DNA from: Utricularia gibba
Lineage: Eukaryota; Plantae; Magnoliophyta
Length of the DNA: 64,000 nucleotides
NCBI GenBank assembly: GCA_002189035.1
Contig: NEEC01000023.1
Location: 248,001-312,000 of the forward strand
Direction of reading: 5' to 3'
The translations under genes were made by a program, and so were the position numbers. Of the stretch, positions 37,517-49,200 are shown piece by piece. The stretch's first letter is position 1. Every line of letters begins with the position of its first letter. A model generated the notes under the pieces. That model did not search any database. It saw nothing but the letters and a program-made list of their open reading frames with translations, and was not told where the DNA came from.

Positions 37517-39872
37517 TTAAGCAGCAGAGCTTCCGCGGGGCTGACTGGCACTGATCGTGCTGGAGCTCAATGGAATCGGATTGCTGGTCACATCTCGATG
37601 TGCACGATGGTGGTGCCAGCATCTCAAAAATAGTACCACCAACGAAGCTCCGATCATGGCGACACCAAACCCACAGAATGCTGATACAAGCACGGAAGCA
37701 ACAGCCTTCACACGAACCTACAATGACCAAACCACATTCAAAGCTTTAACTTAACTGATAGTCACTGGATCGGCTTTCAGTTTCTTGGTGTGTATTGAAA
37801 GGGAGATCTTGATGAAGCTGCAAAGATTCACTTACTGCGTCGTAGAATATATGAGCGAAAAGAACGACGAGGCCGAACTGAAGTGCAGCATAGAACCAGA
37901 CATACTGCCGGGTGACTGAAAAAGGGTATGCACAGAAACAACAGAGAACATGTCAAAACCTGTTCTTTTGCTTATTGAAGTGATCAGTGGAAGTAAAAAT
38001 ATGGTTTCAGCAGAGATGTACCCATGGTTGAAGCTGCTATAGATGAAAGAAGGCCAAGCAAACATGAAAAAGGAAGCGAGATCACTATTGCGCGTGCCCC
38101 CATATTCCGAATCTGCAGGTAAGAAAACAAATTAGTAGCTAGCCACAGTTGTTCCATTCACAAAAAGCATTAGCTCACCAAAAGCTGTTCAAGAAAGCAA
38201 AAGTAGGCAAGCATGCTAACAATGGCGAGAATCGGCAGCTCATGCCAAGTCCTGTAACAGAGATACAGAAGAACATTGTGATAGAGCAGAGAGTGGCAAC
38301 ACTTCCAACAGAAGAAGGTGCTATTACAGGTTTTTGAGAGCTCTTCCTTCAGAAATTTGGAATTGTGTTGGGAGCTGACCTGTTTCCAACTTGTGTGATT
38401 CTTCCAAAATCGCTTCCAGGAATGGGGCGAGTTGCAGTGCTTTGAATACGCAGAAGAGTGACAGGAAGATTTTGAACTTCTTGTTTACAGACATCACAAG
38501 TCCTGTTTCCTTTAATAGAAAACCACTTGATTGCACAGTCTTCATGAGCCAGTGCAAGTTCACCCTTGCAGTTACACTCCAACTTGAGAGTCTTTCCACC
38601 TTCGCATAGTTCAACAAGGCAAATTCGGCAAACAGCATCTTCTTCTGGAATATCTTCACCAGTGGCTTCAGTGTCGGCTACAACACCACAAGAAAACATA
38701 CATACATCAATGAAAATAACGCCTTTATTCAGATGTGGATGAACAGGAGAGCAAGTAAAGATCTCAAAGCAGCACAGAGAGAAGCCAACTGGAAATCTCA
38801 TAAAAAACACACCACTATCTCCTGGCCCTGTTTGTTGCACTTCTGAGGCATCAGCCATTGGTCTAGGTGTTGACACAATCACACGATAGAAAGAATTTGA
38901 TCGCCGTATGGCATTTTCCTTCTTAACCACAGGTGCAGAAAGTGATCGAGACATATGTAAAGCTTCTGCTGTCTGCAAGAGGAACAATGCAAACTCAAAA
39001 CCTCAGCATGATTCTTGCTTCAAAAGTTGCTGATCATGGATTAGCTACACTACAACTAGATGCAGAATGAGGACTTACATGGCCAGTAAGAGTGCTGCCT
39101 GTACTTCCAGCATTAGCATCCTCGGAATTCGAATTTACCCTTACATTTGTGGGAAAAGAAGATGTCCTCTTCATTCTAGGAGTAAAAAGTTTAGAGAAGG
39201 ACCATGATCTGGAGACTGAAGACTTATCCCTTTCAACCAAGAGTGAAGAATCTGCATCACTGCCATCCCCCTTCTCAATATCCGAACTTGAGCCTCGATT
39301 CTTGAAGCTTCGCTTTGGCAACAGGCTCTTGATAGATGATATCCCTTTGGCTGAAGATGCATGTGGCTCAGAATCCGGAGTGCTTGGTTTCGTTGCGAAG
39401 TTCACTCTTCTCGGGGTTGGAGTTGGTGCCTGTGCAACGTTGCCTTGGACAAAATCTTGAGCATATATATCGTCATCAAATGTTCTACTTGGTACATTCA
39501 AGACAAGGTTCTGCTTTCTCCATTGAATCCTTTGTGAAGATTCTTCATTTGGTCCCCTGAGATTCTCAACCTATAACCGAAACTCAAAATATCACTTCTT
39601 TTTTCACACCCAACAACCAGCTTATAGGAAAATATAACACAACAACGCAATCCTGGGTTGAAGGAACCATAGAAATTGATGACGATTTTAGTCACCAGAA
39701 CAAGGCTAACAACAGCATGCAGGAGAAACTCAAGCACCACTGAACCCATCTCACCAACAAGAAACAGTGGTGTTCCATTAAGGGAAAGACTAACTCTGGC
39801 AAACAACTATGTTTCCTAAAAAGGTAACTTCCTTCTGAACGAAATAAATGTACTGAGAATTACCTCGGACAT
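37517..39872 (-). CDS. RING-CH (RINGv, C4HC3) membrane E3 ubiquitin ligase
   Basis: Exons 39570-39079, 38972-38816, 38677-38380, 38251-38179, 38112-38022, 37915-37836 and 37717-37517 are in frame. Contains [35 protein letters not shown] and C-terminal TM helices. The first coding exon (MSE, 39872-39864) is tentative. Confidence 0.88.
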
Positions 39873-40799
39873 GCTAAAGGCAGATTGCTTTCTCCAAAAT
39901 CACTTTCCCCAGAATCCTTCCAAATCTGAAGCTGAAGGCGAAAGATCCTTTTGAAGAGAAGTGCCAGCAAGATCCAGAGTAATAGATCCGATGATGCCAG
40001 TCGCAGTTCGAAGCCAAAGGATTAATGGGAAAGTGAAGTGTTCTGGGAAGAATAAAAGGAATAAAAGGTGGAGGGGCCTTTTGCGTCTCCTCCAATATCA
40101 ATCGTGCCCACTTTTCTCCAGAGTTGATTCCAGCTCTCTAAGGCATAGTGCCTGCTGACTTGGTGGCTGCAAAGGCAGGGAACTGTGATCAAGATCATTA
40201 CAAGCCATAAAGATAAAGTTACCATTATTTATTACATGGAATATTTCTTGTCCGAGTGTGCTTTGTCACCACCAAATTGCACGATAGTTCTCAAATTTGG
40301 TGATAAGTGACAAACTCACCATCCGTCATCAAAGAGAAGTCTTCTAGCATTCTATTAGATCCTCACCCGGAGTCCTATGAACCCATTTTTTCCGACAGCA
40401 CACAACGTGGCTAAGTTTCAAACCGAAGCTAGAACAAGGTTTGCTGCTCTCAGGCAAATGGTTTGGTTGCACCAGGTTCTTGTGGATTGGATCGCATCAA
40501 GGACGTGGTAAGAGGAAGGCCAAAGTTTCTCATGATGTAGTATGGGTGAAGAATTCCGTTCTGGTGGAGGATATTTTCCTAAGAATCTATATCCATCACC
40601 CTGAATGTTCATTGTTCGATATTCTCTGATCTTATATTCTCCTACAGAGACATGAAAAACTTGGAAATGGAAGCAAGATCCAAACTTGAAAAGATGAAAT
40701 CCTCGTTCTGGGTCGTATTGGTTTAGTAATGAGAAAAATGAGCAGTTCCATCAAGTGTAATGCCATTCATATATACAGATAACAAAGTCTCTTGGCATT

Positions 40800-43433
40800 T
40801 CACCTGCTTGTCAGTTTCACTTTCCTCACTGGAGGCTCTGCTGCGACCGCATCCTCTCCCCTGAATCTCTTCATTTGTGTAGGTAGACTTTTCGAGAGGA
40901 AACTGCATGTGTTGAACCAATTCCCTGATCCTAAATACAGTAGACAGCATCTATAAATTCCACAGGATTTGTGAAGCACATATGCACAATGAGAGTTTGA
41001 AGGCTAAAGGCTACTCCAATCGCACCTGGATCTGTTTCACTTGTCTTCTTTCTCTTCACAAAGCCTTTATCTTCATCCTGGAAACTTCTCTTGAAACCCC
41101 TACCATTCCCTGTCGTCCCACCTGAAAATCCACGATGAAATCAGAGAAGCCTGAGTCTACACACAGCAACTCATATCTTCTAATCCGACACGATCTTTAG
41201 AACCCTGCATTAGACGTGCCATTGAAAACTAAAGATTGCTCCGATCACTCTCACCTGGATCTGTTTCAGTAATCTTGCTTCTCTTCATATAACTTTTATC
41301 TTCATCCTGCAACCGTCTCTTCAAAACGAAACCTGAAGTCAATATTGTTTTTCCTTCGGCTCCTCTCTTCCCTTCCTCTTCCTGTTGGTTTCCCCCACGT
41401 AGATTGAGAAATTGATTGCTTTTGCTTTCGTGGGTATTTTCATGTTGCTGATGCTGGTCAGTGTTGAAGCTGTCGATTTCCGTACAGTTTTTTAAAGGAT
41501 ACGGTTCCGGCGCTCAGGGGTGGTGGGAGAATTGCTCCCGAGGATGAACAGTGGGGTGAAAGGTGGTGCAACTAGGGTTTCGATTCCGAGCAGTGTCAAG
41601 AAGACGATCGAGGATATCAAGGAGATTACGAGCAAAAACCACAGTGAAGATGACATTTACGCAATGCTTAAGGAATGTGCAATGGATCCAAATGAAACTA
41701 CACAGAGGCTTCTACTTCTAGGTCAATATTCTGTTCCTTTTCTCACTGCTGACTGCAGGGACGTAATGCTTTTTTGATGATTCGTCTGGGTATTCGTGGA
41801 TCTGTACTGGCCACAACATTATTTCATTCACTGTTGTATACCCGAGAGTGTTTTAGTTTTTTTTTTTTTTTTTCCTAGAATAGGCAAAGAGTTGTTCTTC
41901 TCTTCTTCTGGAAGCTCTTTTCATTTGCTGTTTTAGGAGTTTTTACTTATAGGAATATGTTAGCAATTTTTTTTATCTTGTTGTGCAGACACATTTCATG
42001 AAGTCAAGCGGAGGCGTGATCGTAAAAAAGAGGTATGCGTCACGTTTCCATTTCATCTTCGGTTATTTCTGGTTTTTTTAATACAAAAGTTAGGATCTTG
42101 GAGGATGGTAGGTCAATTCAAATACATTCGGAATACTTTTGTGCCCTTGGAATCCCTAGGATCCTTCATATTGATGGACGGGGTTTGACTGATGCAGTGC
42201 ATCTATTTTTCTTTATGATTAAATTTTTACAAATGATAGTAGAGAATATTCTTTTTGTTGTTTCAGAATCAGACTAAAGAGCCAGAGGACCAGAAATGGA
42301 AGCCTGGTACTCAATCCCGGTCAAATAGGGTTGGACGTGGGAACTATATCAATCGACATGCATCTCAAGGTAACCCAAACTAATTACGTCCTGTGTGATT
42401 TCCTGAATTGAAGTATTTAGGTTATGATGCTTTGTAGTGCTTCATATTTATTTATGGCCCCCTTTCATTGTCATTTCTTACCTTCATCATGGCTTGCTTT
42501 TGTAAATGTTGTCAAACCTGCTCTAAGAATGAACGGTGTTCCAGGGAGTGAAAAAAGAAGCATCTTTACCTAGAAGCTCTAATTTTGAACTGTCATGACC
42601 ACATCCGCTCTTTCATCCTTTTTCCTAAATACCAGATGCTGATGGTGGAAGAAGTGAGTCTATCATCAAAGAGAATGCTCCCAGTTTTTCTGGTGAGACA
42701 GTCAATACAGATCTCCCTTTAACTTTTTGACTGGTAATGTGTCTCAATATTGTTGCAAACAAAGTGAACGAACTATACGGAAAACACACAGACCCAAGTC
42801 ATTTTCCACCCCAATACCCCACAAAACTAGACCACCATCAACCGGTTATACGTCCAATAATACCTGAAGCATCTTCGAGAAGACAGGGGAGCCCAAGACG
42901 CAGTCTTTTGGTCTTACCACTATCACATTCTCCCGTCTCAACATGTCCTAACGAAATGGAAAAATTTCATCCATCATAGTCGCACAGGAATCCAAGATTT
43001 CTACACCAGGGGAAGTTAAACCACGCTTCAACTGAACGTAAGTTGATCTGGTTTAACCATAGTTGATCCTCCCCCTCCCACACCAATAAGAAATCAAAAA
43101 AAAATGAAGGGAAACAAAACTACTTTTTGGGCTAATCTTGGAAAGCTTGCCATCGACAAGGAGGGGATCGGAATCACTGCCACCGGTGGAGAGATAGCGA
43201 GCGGCGAAGAATCCCATAAGGGATTTCCAGGTAACCGAAGTGGCTATCAGGTCGATTCCCCTGCTTATGAAGTGGCCATTCAGCTTCACGGTATTTGGGT
43301 CAAGCCCAAAAGCCCGAGATATTGAACCTATGTCGATTTTCTGGTTTTCCGGCGCCGTTATCTGCAGTAATTTAGACGCCGACGAGCAGAACAACTTTAT
43401 TCTTCTAAACCCTCCTTCCCCTCCTCCCTCCAT
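40800..43433 (-). CDS. Uncharacterised protein (232 aa; resembles At3g07150 family) with basic NLS-like C-terminal repeats
   Basis: Exons 43433-43124, 42947-42864, 41332-41255, 41121-41026 and 40930-40800 total 699 nt in frame: RRIKLFCSS..FGLDPNTVKLNGHFISRGIDLIATSVTWKSL..DGKLSKISPKR..TQMKRFRGEDAVAAEPPVRKVKLTSR*. Confidence 0.8.
41339..42754. repeat. 11-bp direct repeat TCAATATTGTT (41339-41349 and 42744-42754) flanking the inserted duplicate; TSD-like
   Basis: Both copies are read directly from the sequence. Removing the interval restores a short U-rich intron on the minus strand. Confidence 0.8.
41349..42706 (+). pseudogene. Truncated duplicate of the GIP1-like gene 5' end (5'UTR, exons 1-4 partial, introns) nested antisense in an intron
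   Basis: Matches 59607-60965 with only three homopolymer-length differences that I could see. ATG 41544 reads into flanking filler and stops at 42730. Confidence 0.92.
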
Positions 43434-43837
43434 AGCTCTCCACTGTTCACTGTTCTGGTTGTTCGCTGCGAACCGCCGGGAGGTTCTGTCTCCACCCTTC
43501 CACGAGAATTCTCGATGTCTAAAAAAACTGTTTCATTTTTTTCAAACAAAATATTAAATATTTTCTAAAAACTATCTAATTTTTAAATAAAAACACAGAA
43601 ATTAATATATTAGAAATAATTAAAATTGCAGGAAAATTCGGGAAATTAATTTAATAAAAAAATAAAAGGCGAATTTTATTATATTCTATTTTAAATTTAT
43701 TTAATTTGTAGTAATATAAGAAGCAAAGAGGCAACTACGCCACCCACCTCGTCGTCCACACTTGACAAAAACCAGATCCGAATAACTTTCCTCCATTAAT
43801 GGCTTCCCGCTTTCTCGATCTTCATTTCCCATGAAAC

Positions 43838-45565
43838 ATGACCCAGATCAACTTCTTTTCCCACCGCCCTATCGCCGCCGCGCCGTCGTGCATCGCCGTT
43901 TTACTCTTCCTCCTCCTAGTTCTTCTCTTTTACTCCTCCACCATCCTGCTCACTGAAACCTCCAGGCCCGTTTGCCCGCAACTCCGCACTGCCGCTCAAG
44001 TTTCCAATTTTAGCTCTCCGGAAAACAACCCGCCGCCGACAACGCCACCGGACAAAAAGGTGTGTTCTCCGCCCGGACACTATGGATAACTTTTACGTTG
44101 GATTCTTTTTTTTTAATACACACGGTGTGTTTTCATGTTGTGTGTAAAATGTCAAGATTGAAGATCTCAGGCTACAGCACATCGTGTTCGGGGTGGCCGC
44201 CTCCGCTGGATTATGGCCACGGCGGAAGGAATACGTGAAGCTGTGGTGGCGGCCTGGCGTCACCCGTGGCGTGGTGTGGATGGATAAACCGGTAACCATC
44301 TCTCTGGACGAAAGAATGGCGCTACCCCAGATTCGAATCTCCGACGAGACTTCTGGTTTCGAGTATAAAAACCAGAACGGCGATCGGTCGGCGTTGAGGA
44401 TCTCTCGGGTAGTCTCGGAAACTTTCCGCCTCCGGCTACCGGATGTGCGGTGGTTCGTGATGGGGACGATGACACTGTCTTCATGGTGGAGAATATCCTC
44501 AGAGTGCTTTCCAAGTACGACCATAACCAGTTTTACTACATCGGTAGCTCGTCGGAGAGCCATATTCAGAACATATACTTCTCCTACGGCATGGCGTTCG
44601 GTGGTGGAGGGTTCGCGATCAGCTACCCCCTCGCCGCCGCCCTCGAGAAAATGCAAGATCGGTGTATTCACCGGTACCCCAGTCTGTACGGCAGCGACGA
44701 CAGGATCCAGGCGTGCATGGCGGAGCTCGGAGTTCCCCTCACCAGGGAACGTGGTTTTCATCAGGTTGATTTTAATTCTAAAATATTTTGAAAAAAAAAC
44801 TACAGTAAATAAAAAACGCTCCTCCTCTTCTCGGCGGCTCTGCATGCAGTACGACGTGTACGGCGATCTTCTGGGTCTTCTGGGAGCCCACCCGGTGACG
44901 CCACTGCTCTCCCTCCACCACCTCGACGTCGTGGATCCGATCTTCCCGGGGCTGAGCCAGCGTGACGGCCTGAAACGGCTATTCCAATCGGCGAAGCAGG
45001 ATTCCGGCAGCCTGATCCAGCAATCCATATGCTACCATCAGAATCGCTACTGGTCCATCTCCGTCTCCTGGGGGTACGTCGTGCAGGTAATGCGAGGCGT
45101 CATCTCCCCCGCGAGCTCGAGATCCCAACCCGAACCTTCCTCAACTGGTACAAGCGCGCCGACTACACCGCCTACGCCTTCAACACCAGGCCGGTGGCGA
45201 GGCACCCCTGCCAGAAGCCCTTCTTGTTCTACTTGAGCTCGGTGACCTTCGATGACAAGAGGAAGCTCATCATCGGAGCCTACAACAGACACCGAGAGCC
45301 CCGCCCGGTGTGCAGGTGGAAGGCGGTTTCGCCGGATAAACTCGACTCGATCCTCGTCTTCAAGAAACCCGATGCCGATCGATGGAAAAAGGTTGGTTTT
45401 CCGATCCGTTTCCGGTGACGCTGTCGAGAGGCTAACGTCTCTTTGATGTGTCGTGATTTGCAGTCGCCGAGAAGAGACTGCTGCAGGGTTATGCCGTCGA
45501 GGCGTGATCGAGTGATGTACTTGTGGGTAGGCAACTGCCGGCAAGGAGAAATTGTTGAATACTGA
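43838..45565 (+). CDS. DUF604 / Fringe-like glycosyltransferase, type II membrane (two apparent 1-bp frameshifts)
   Basis: TM anchor, then HIVFGVAASAGLW..YVKLWW, WFVMGDDDT (split), YYIGSSSESH, AFGGGGFAISYPLA, YGSDDRIQAC, GFHQYDVYG, LSLHHLD, SPRRDCCRV. The frame breaks at 44462-44465 and 45106-45110. Confidence 0.88.
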
Positions 45566-46211
45566 TCTCTGGATTTTTTTTTTTTTCATATCCAAGGAAA
45601 AAAAACAATTCAAAAGTTTATGTCCATGTCTGTATGTATCATGTTAGGACAAAATATGATATATTTATTTTAAAAATTATCAATTTATATCTAATATTTC
45701 TTTAAATTTTTAAGTTTCTCATATTCAAATCATTTTTATTTGAGATAGAATGATAAAAGTTGGATATAGTTTTTTTTTTTAAAAAAGTACCATTTTATCT
45801 TGGGACATATGAAATAAATTCAATTTTATTAGAATAACACAATCTTAAAAATTGAAAAATAAATAATGAAATATATAAAAAAAATTGTAAATTATAAGTA
45901 ATTTATTAAATCCAATATTTTTTAATATATTTATTTGAAAATTGTATATAATTCATTATATTCTTAATTTTATCAGATTTACAATTTAAATATTTTTTAA
46001 AAAGGTAATTATATTATTGAACATTTGTGTGAATAAGGACTATTAGGATATATTTATATGTCAATACTTGTGACACTTTTTGTGCGTGGGGTCCGTTTGG
46101 ATGGTTCGGGTCGTGTGTGTGGTCTCGGGTCAGCTACTAGAACCCTAAACCCCCTGGGGGATGGAGATTTGGGAGTAACGGTCACCGGAGTCGAGGACTG
46201 GGTATAATTCG

Positions 46212-49200
46212 ATGTTCGCTCCGCCGGCCAAGAAACCCCTTCTAAGTGCTCGTAAAAATGTGGCGGCCGAATTTGAGGGCAGTTCAACTCCCGTTTCCCA
46301 GAACCGAAAGCCGCTGATTGAAGGCCCTTCAGCCTCCAAACGCCCTGCCACCGGAACTCCTGCTCATTGGGCATCTCGACTATCCGCCATTCCAAGGTTG
46401 TATCAATTGGTTTCTGAAGCCGGCTTTTTTTTTTTTGTAGTGGCGTCCCATGTTCCTTTATTGAGTTTCTTGAAGTGGATTGTCTGTTAACAATGATTTT
46501 TACGCTTCTGAAAATGCGGTTAGGTTTCCGCCGGCTAAGACAAGTGACAAAGGGAATGAAGTGGATGCCGTGAGGCCGGTATGTGTTGGAGAGTTGCCAC
46601 AATTAGTACGTGATGCTCAACTCCTTTCCCGACAGAACCGCACTCTCGGTTGGTTTTGAAGACCTCTAATAATATTTTGTGTTTTTTGGCCTTATTTCAA
46701 CCACTCATTAACCCATTTTGGCAGCCGATGCATATACCTCTGGTGGGTTGGACGAGGAAACATCTTTGGCGTGGATTGTCCATGGCAAAAGTGTCTTTAT
46801 CTGGAACTACTTGTCAGCAGCCGGTTCTAGGAAATGTACTGTTCTTGACCTTCCTACCACTTCAGATGATGGAAATGTTGGTAGAAGCTCTTTTCACACT
46901 AAACGCTGGCTGGGTTGCATTGTCAGTTGGGACAGATCTAAGAAAACTAGCCACAGAGGTTTCCAATCGGCAGCTCTTTTACTTTGCAGTGGAAAGGATG
47001 GCAATCTTATTTTTTGGCCTGATATCTATAATGGGGGAAGCATTTCTCCTGTGGTTTTTGTTGCTTCCACTGAGTTAAAAACTTTAAATTTCTGTTCTGT
47101 CAACTCGTTGATTGCATCATCTGTTCCTAATGCCACCGACTGCTGTATTGCATTTGCTTGTAGTTCTGGTGGTGTGCTTTGGAAAATCTACTGCAGCCCT
47201 TCGGGTATTGAATGTCACCAGATGCTAAATTTTTTTAGCCATGGATATGATCACCGCCCAATGGTCCTTGAGAACTACCCAAGGTCACTCGTTTGGTACT
47301 CTTGTTTTCCATCAGATAAACCTGAAAGGCAGTTTCTTCTACTTACTGAACATGAGATTCAATGCTATGAAGTTAAGCTTTCTTCTAATTTTTCCCTTGT
47401 CAAGCTCTGGTCCCATGAAATTATTAGCGTTGATAATGATCTTGGTTTGGAAATGAACTCTTCGAATCAGGATGGAATTTATCCCCTTGCCGTAGATGTT
47501 GATGGTAGGAACACAATAAGTACCCTTATTGGTATCTTTTGCAAGGACCAGGTCGCTGGTTCACACTATACTCAGTATTCTCTTATGAATATGCAGTACA
47601 AAAGTGGAGGTGATGTTAAAAAAGCAAGAGGAAATATGTTGGAGAAAAAGGAACCTGTGCAAGTGATCATTCCTAAAGCACACATGGATGGGGAGGAGGT
47701 GTTATTTTCAATGAGGTTAAATCTAGGTGGTAAACCATCTGGTTCCACTATCATACTCTCTGGAGATGGTACTGCAACAGTGTCCCATTACTCCAGGAGC
47801 TCTTTACTACTGTACCAGTTGGAGCTACCTAATGATGCAGGAAAGGTTCTTAATGCTTCTGTGTTGCCAATTTTGGACAACGATGAAGGTGGTGATTGGG
47901 TTGTACTTACAGAAAAAGCTGGAATCTGGGTGGTACCTGAGAGGGCAGTATTGCTTGGTGGAGTGTTATCACCAGAACATAGATCATCACGCATGGGAGA
48001 TAATGATATCCCCTTGCGTGATGAGAAAAGGGGCTATTCTCTTAGTGGAAGTAACGTATCTCGAAGATCCAGTTTAGATGCATGGGGTGTAGGTGATAAG
48101 CAAACGCCCGGAATAAATGAATTTCCATGTCAGAGCTCTCAGGATGAGGAATCAGAAGCCTTACTCAATCAGCTTTTCAACGATTTTCTGGCGCATGGGC
48201 AGGTAGATAATGCACTTGCTAAATTGAGAAATTCTGGAGCATTTGATAAAGAAGGGGAATTTAACTCATTTTCCAGGACGAGCAAATCAATCGTTGACAC
48301 TTTAGCTAAGCATTGGACAGCAGCCAGGGGCCCCGAGATTCTGTTGTCCCTAGTTGGCACACTGCTCGTAGAGAAGCAGCTGAAGCATAAAAAGTTTCTT
48401 CAGTTTCTTGCGCTGTCAAGGTGCCATGAAGAATTGTGTTCTAAGCAAAGTATGATTGATTTATGTTCCGGCCATTATTATTATACAATTTATTTATTTT
48501 CTGCCTTTAGAGAAGTATTTCTTGCATTCTTATATTTCAAAATTATGAAAAGTGAAAATTATTTAAAAATAATTTTCGTTGCTGCTTACCTAGCAGAATG
48601 TTTTATGTTTTGTTATTGTGGTAACTAGATTCTGCTGCACCAACTTTATCTGAGAAGCACTGATTTTATACTTTCTACATCAGGGATGCCTTTGCAAACT
48701 ATATTAGAACATGGCGAAAAGATTGCTGGAATCATCCAAATTAAGGATCTGCAGAACAGGACTAGCCATTCTACTGCTTCTGGGCATATCTCCAGTGACA
48801 CTTCAAATTCTATAAGTTCTGGAGCTCTCTGGAATATTGTACAGTTGGCTGGTGAAAGGAGCCGGCGCAGCTCAATTCTCTTGATGGACAGGAACAATAC
48901 AGAAGTATTCTACACTAAAGTTTCAGATCTTGAGGAATTTTTTTTGTGTTTGGATAGGCATCTAGACCATGTCATCAGCAGAGATGCATCCATTCTCGTC
49001 CAGTGCAGGAGTGCTTGTGAACTCTCAAATGCGTGTGTCATGATTTTACATGGTGTCTCTCTATACAGGAGTGAGCATCACTTGTGGTATCCTCCTCCTG
49101 AGGGCCTGGTGCCATGGTATGCCAAAACTGTTGTTTGCCATGGACTATCCAGTGTTGCATTGCTCTTGCTTCAGTTGTTTAACGAAACAAGTCAACTGGA

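Noticed and set aside
40418-40645. Open minus-strand frame (..EYKIREYRTMNIQGDG..) as a further exon of the 43433 gene
   Set aside because: That gene already terminates at TGA 40800 with a family-like C-terminus, and the phases do not match.
44093-45028. 311-aa minus-strand ORF
   Set aside because: It is the antisense shadow of GC-rich DUF604 coding sequence and has no recognisable motifs.
46054-46602. 182-aa minus ORF
   Set aside because: Overlaps the NUP133 promoter and exon 1 antisense, with no domain evidence.
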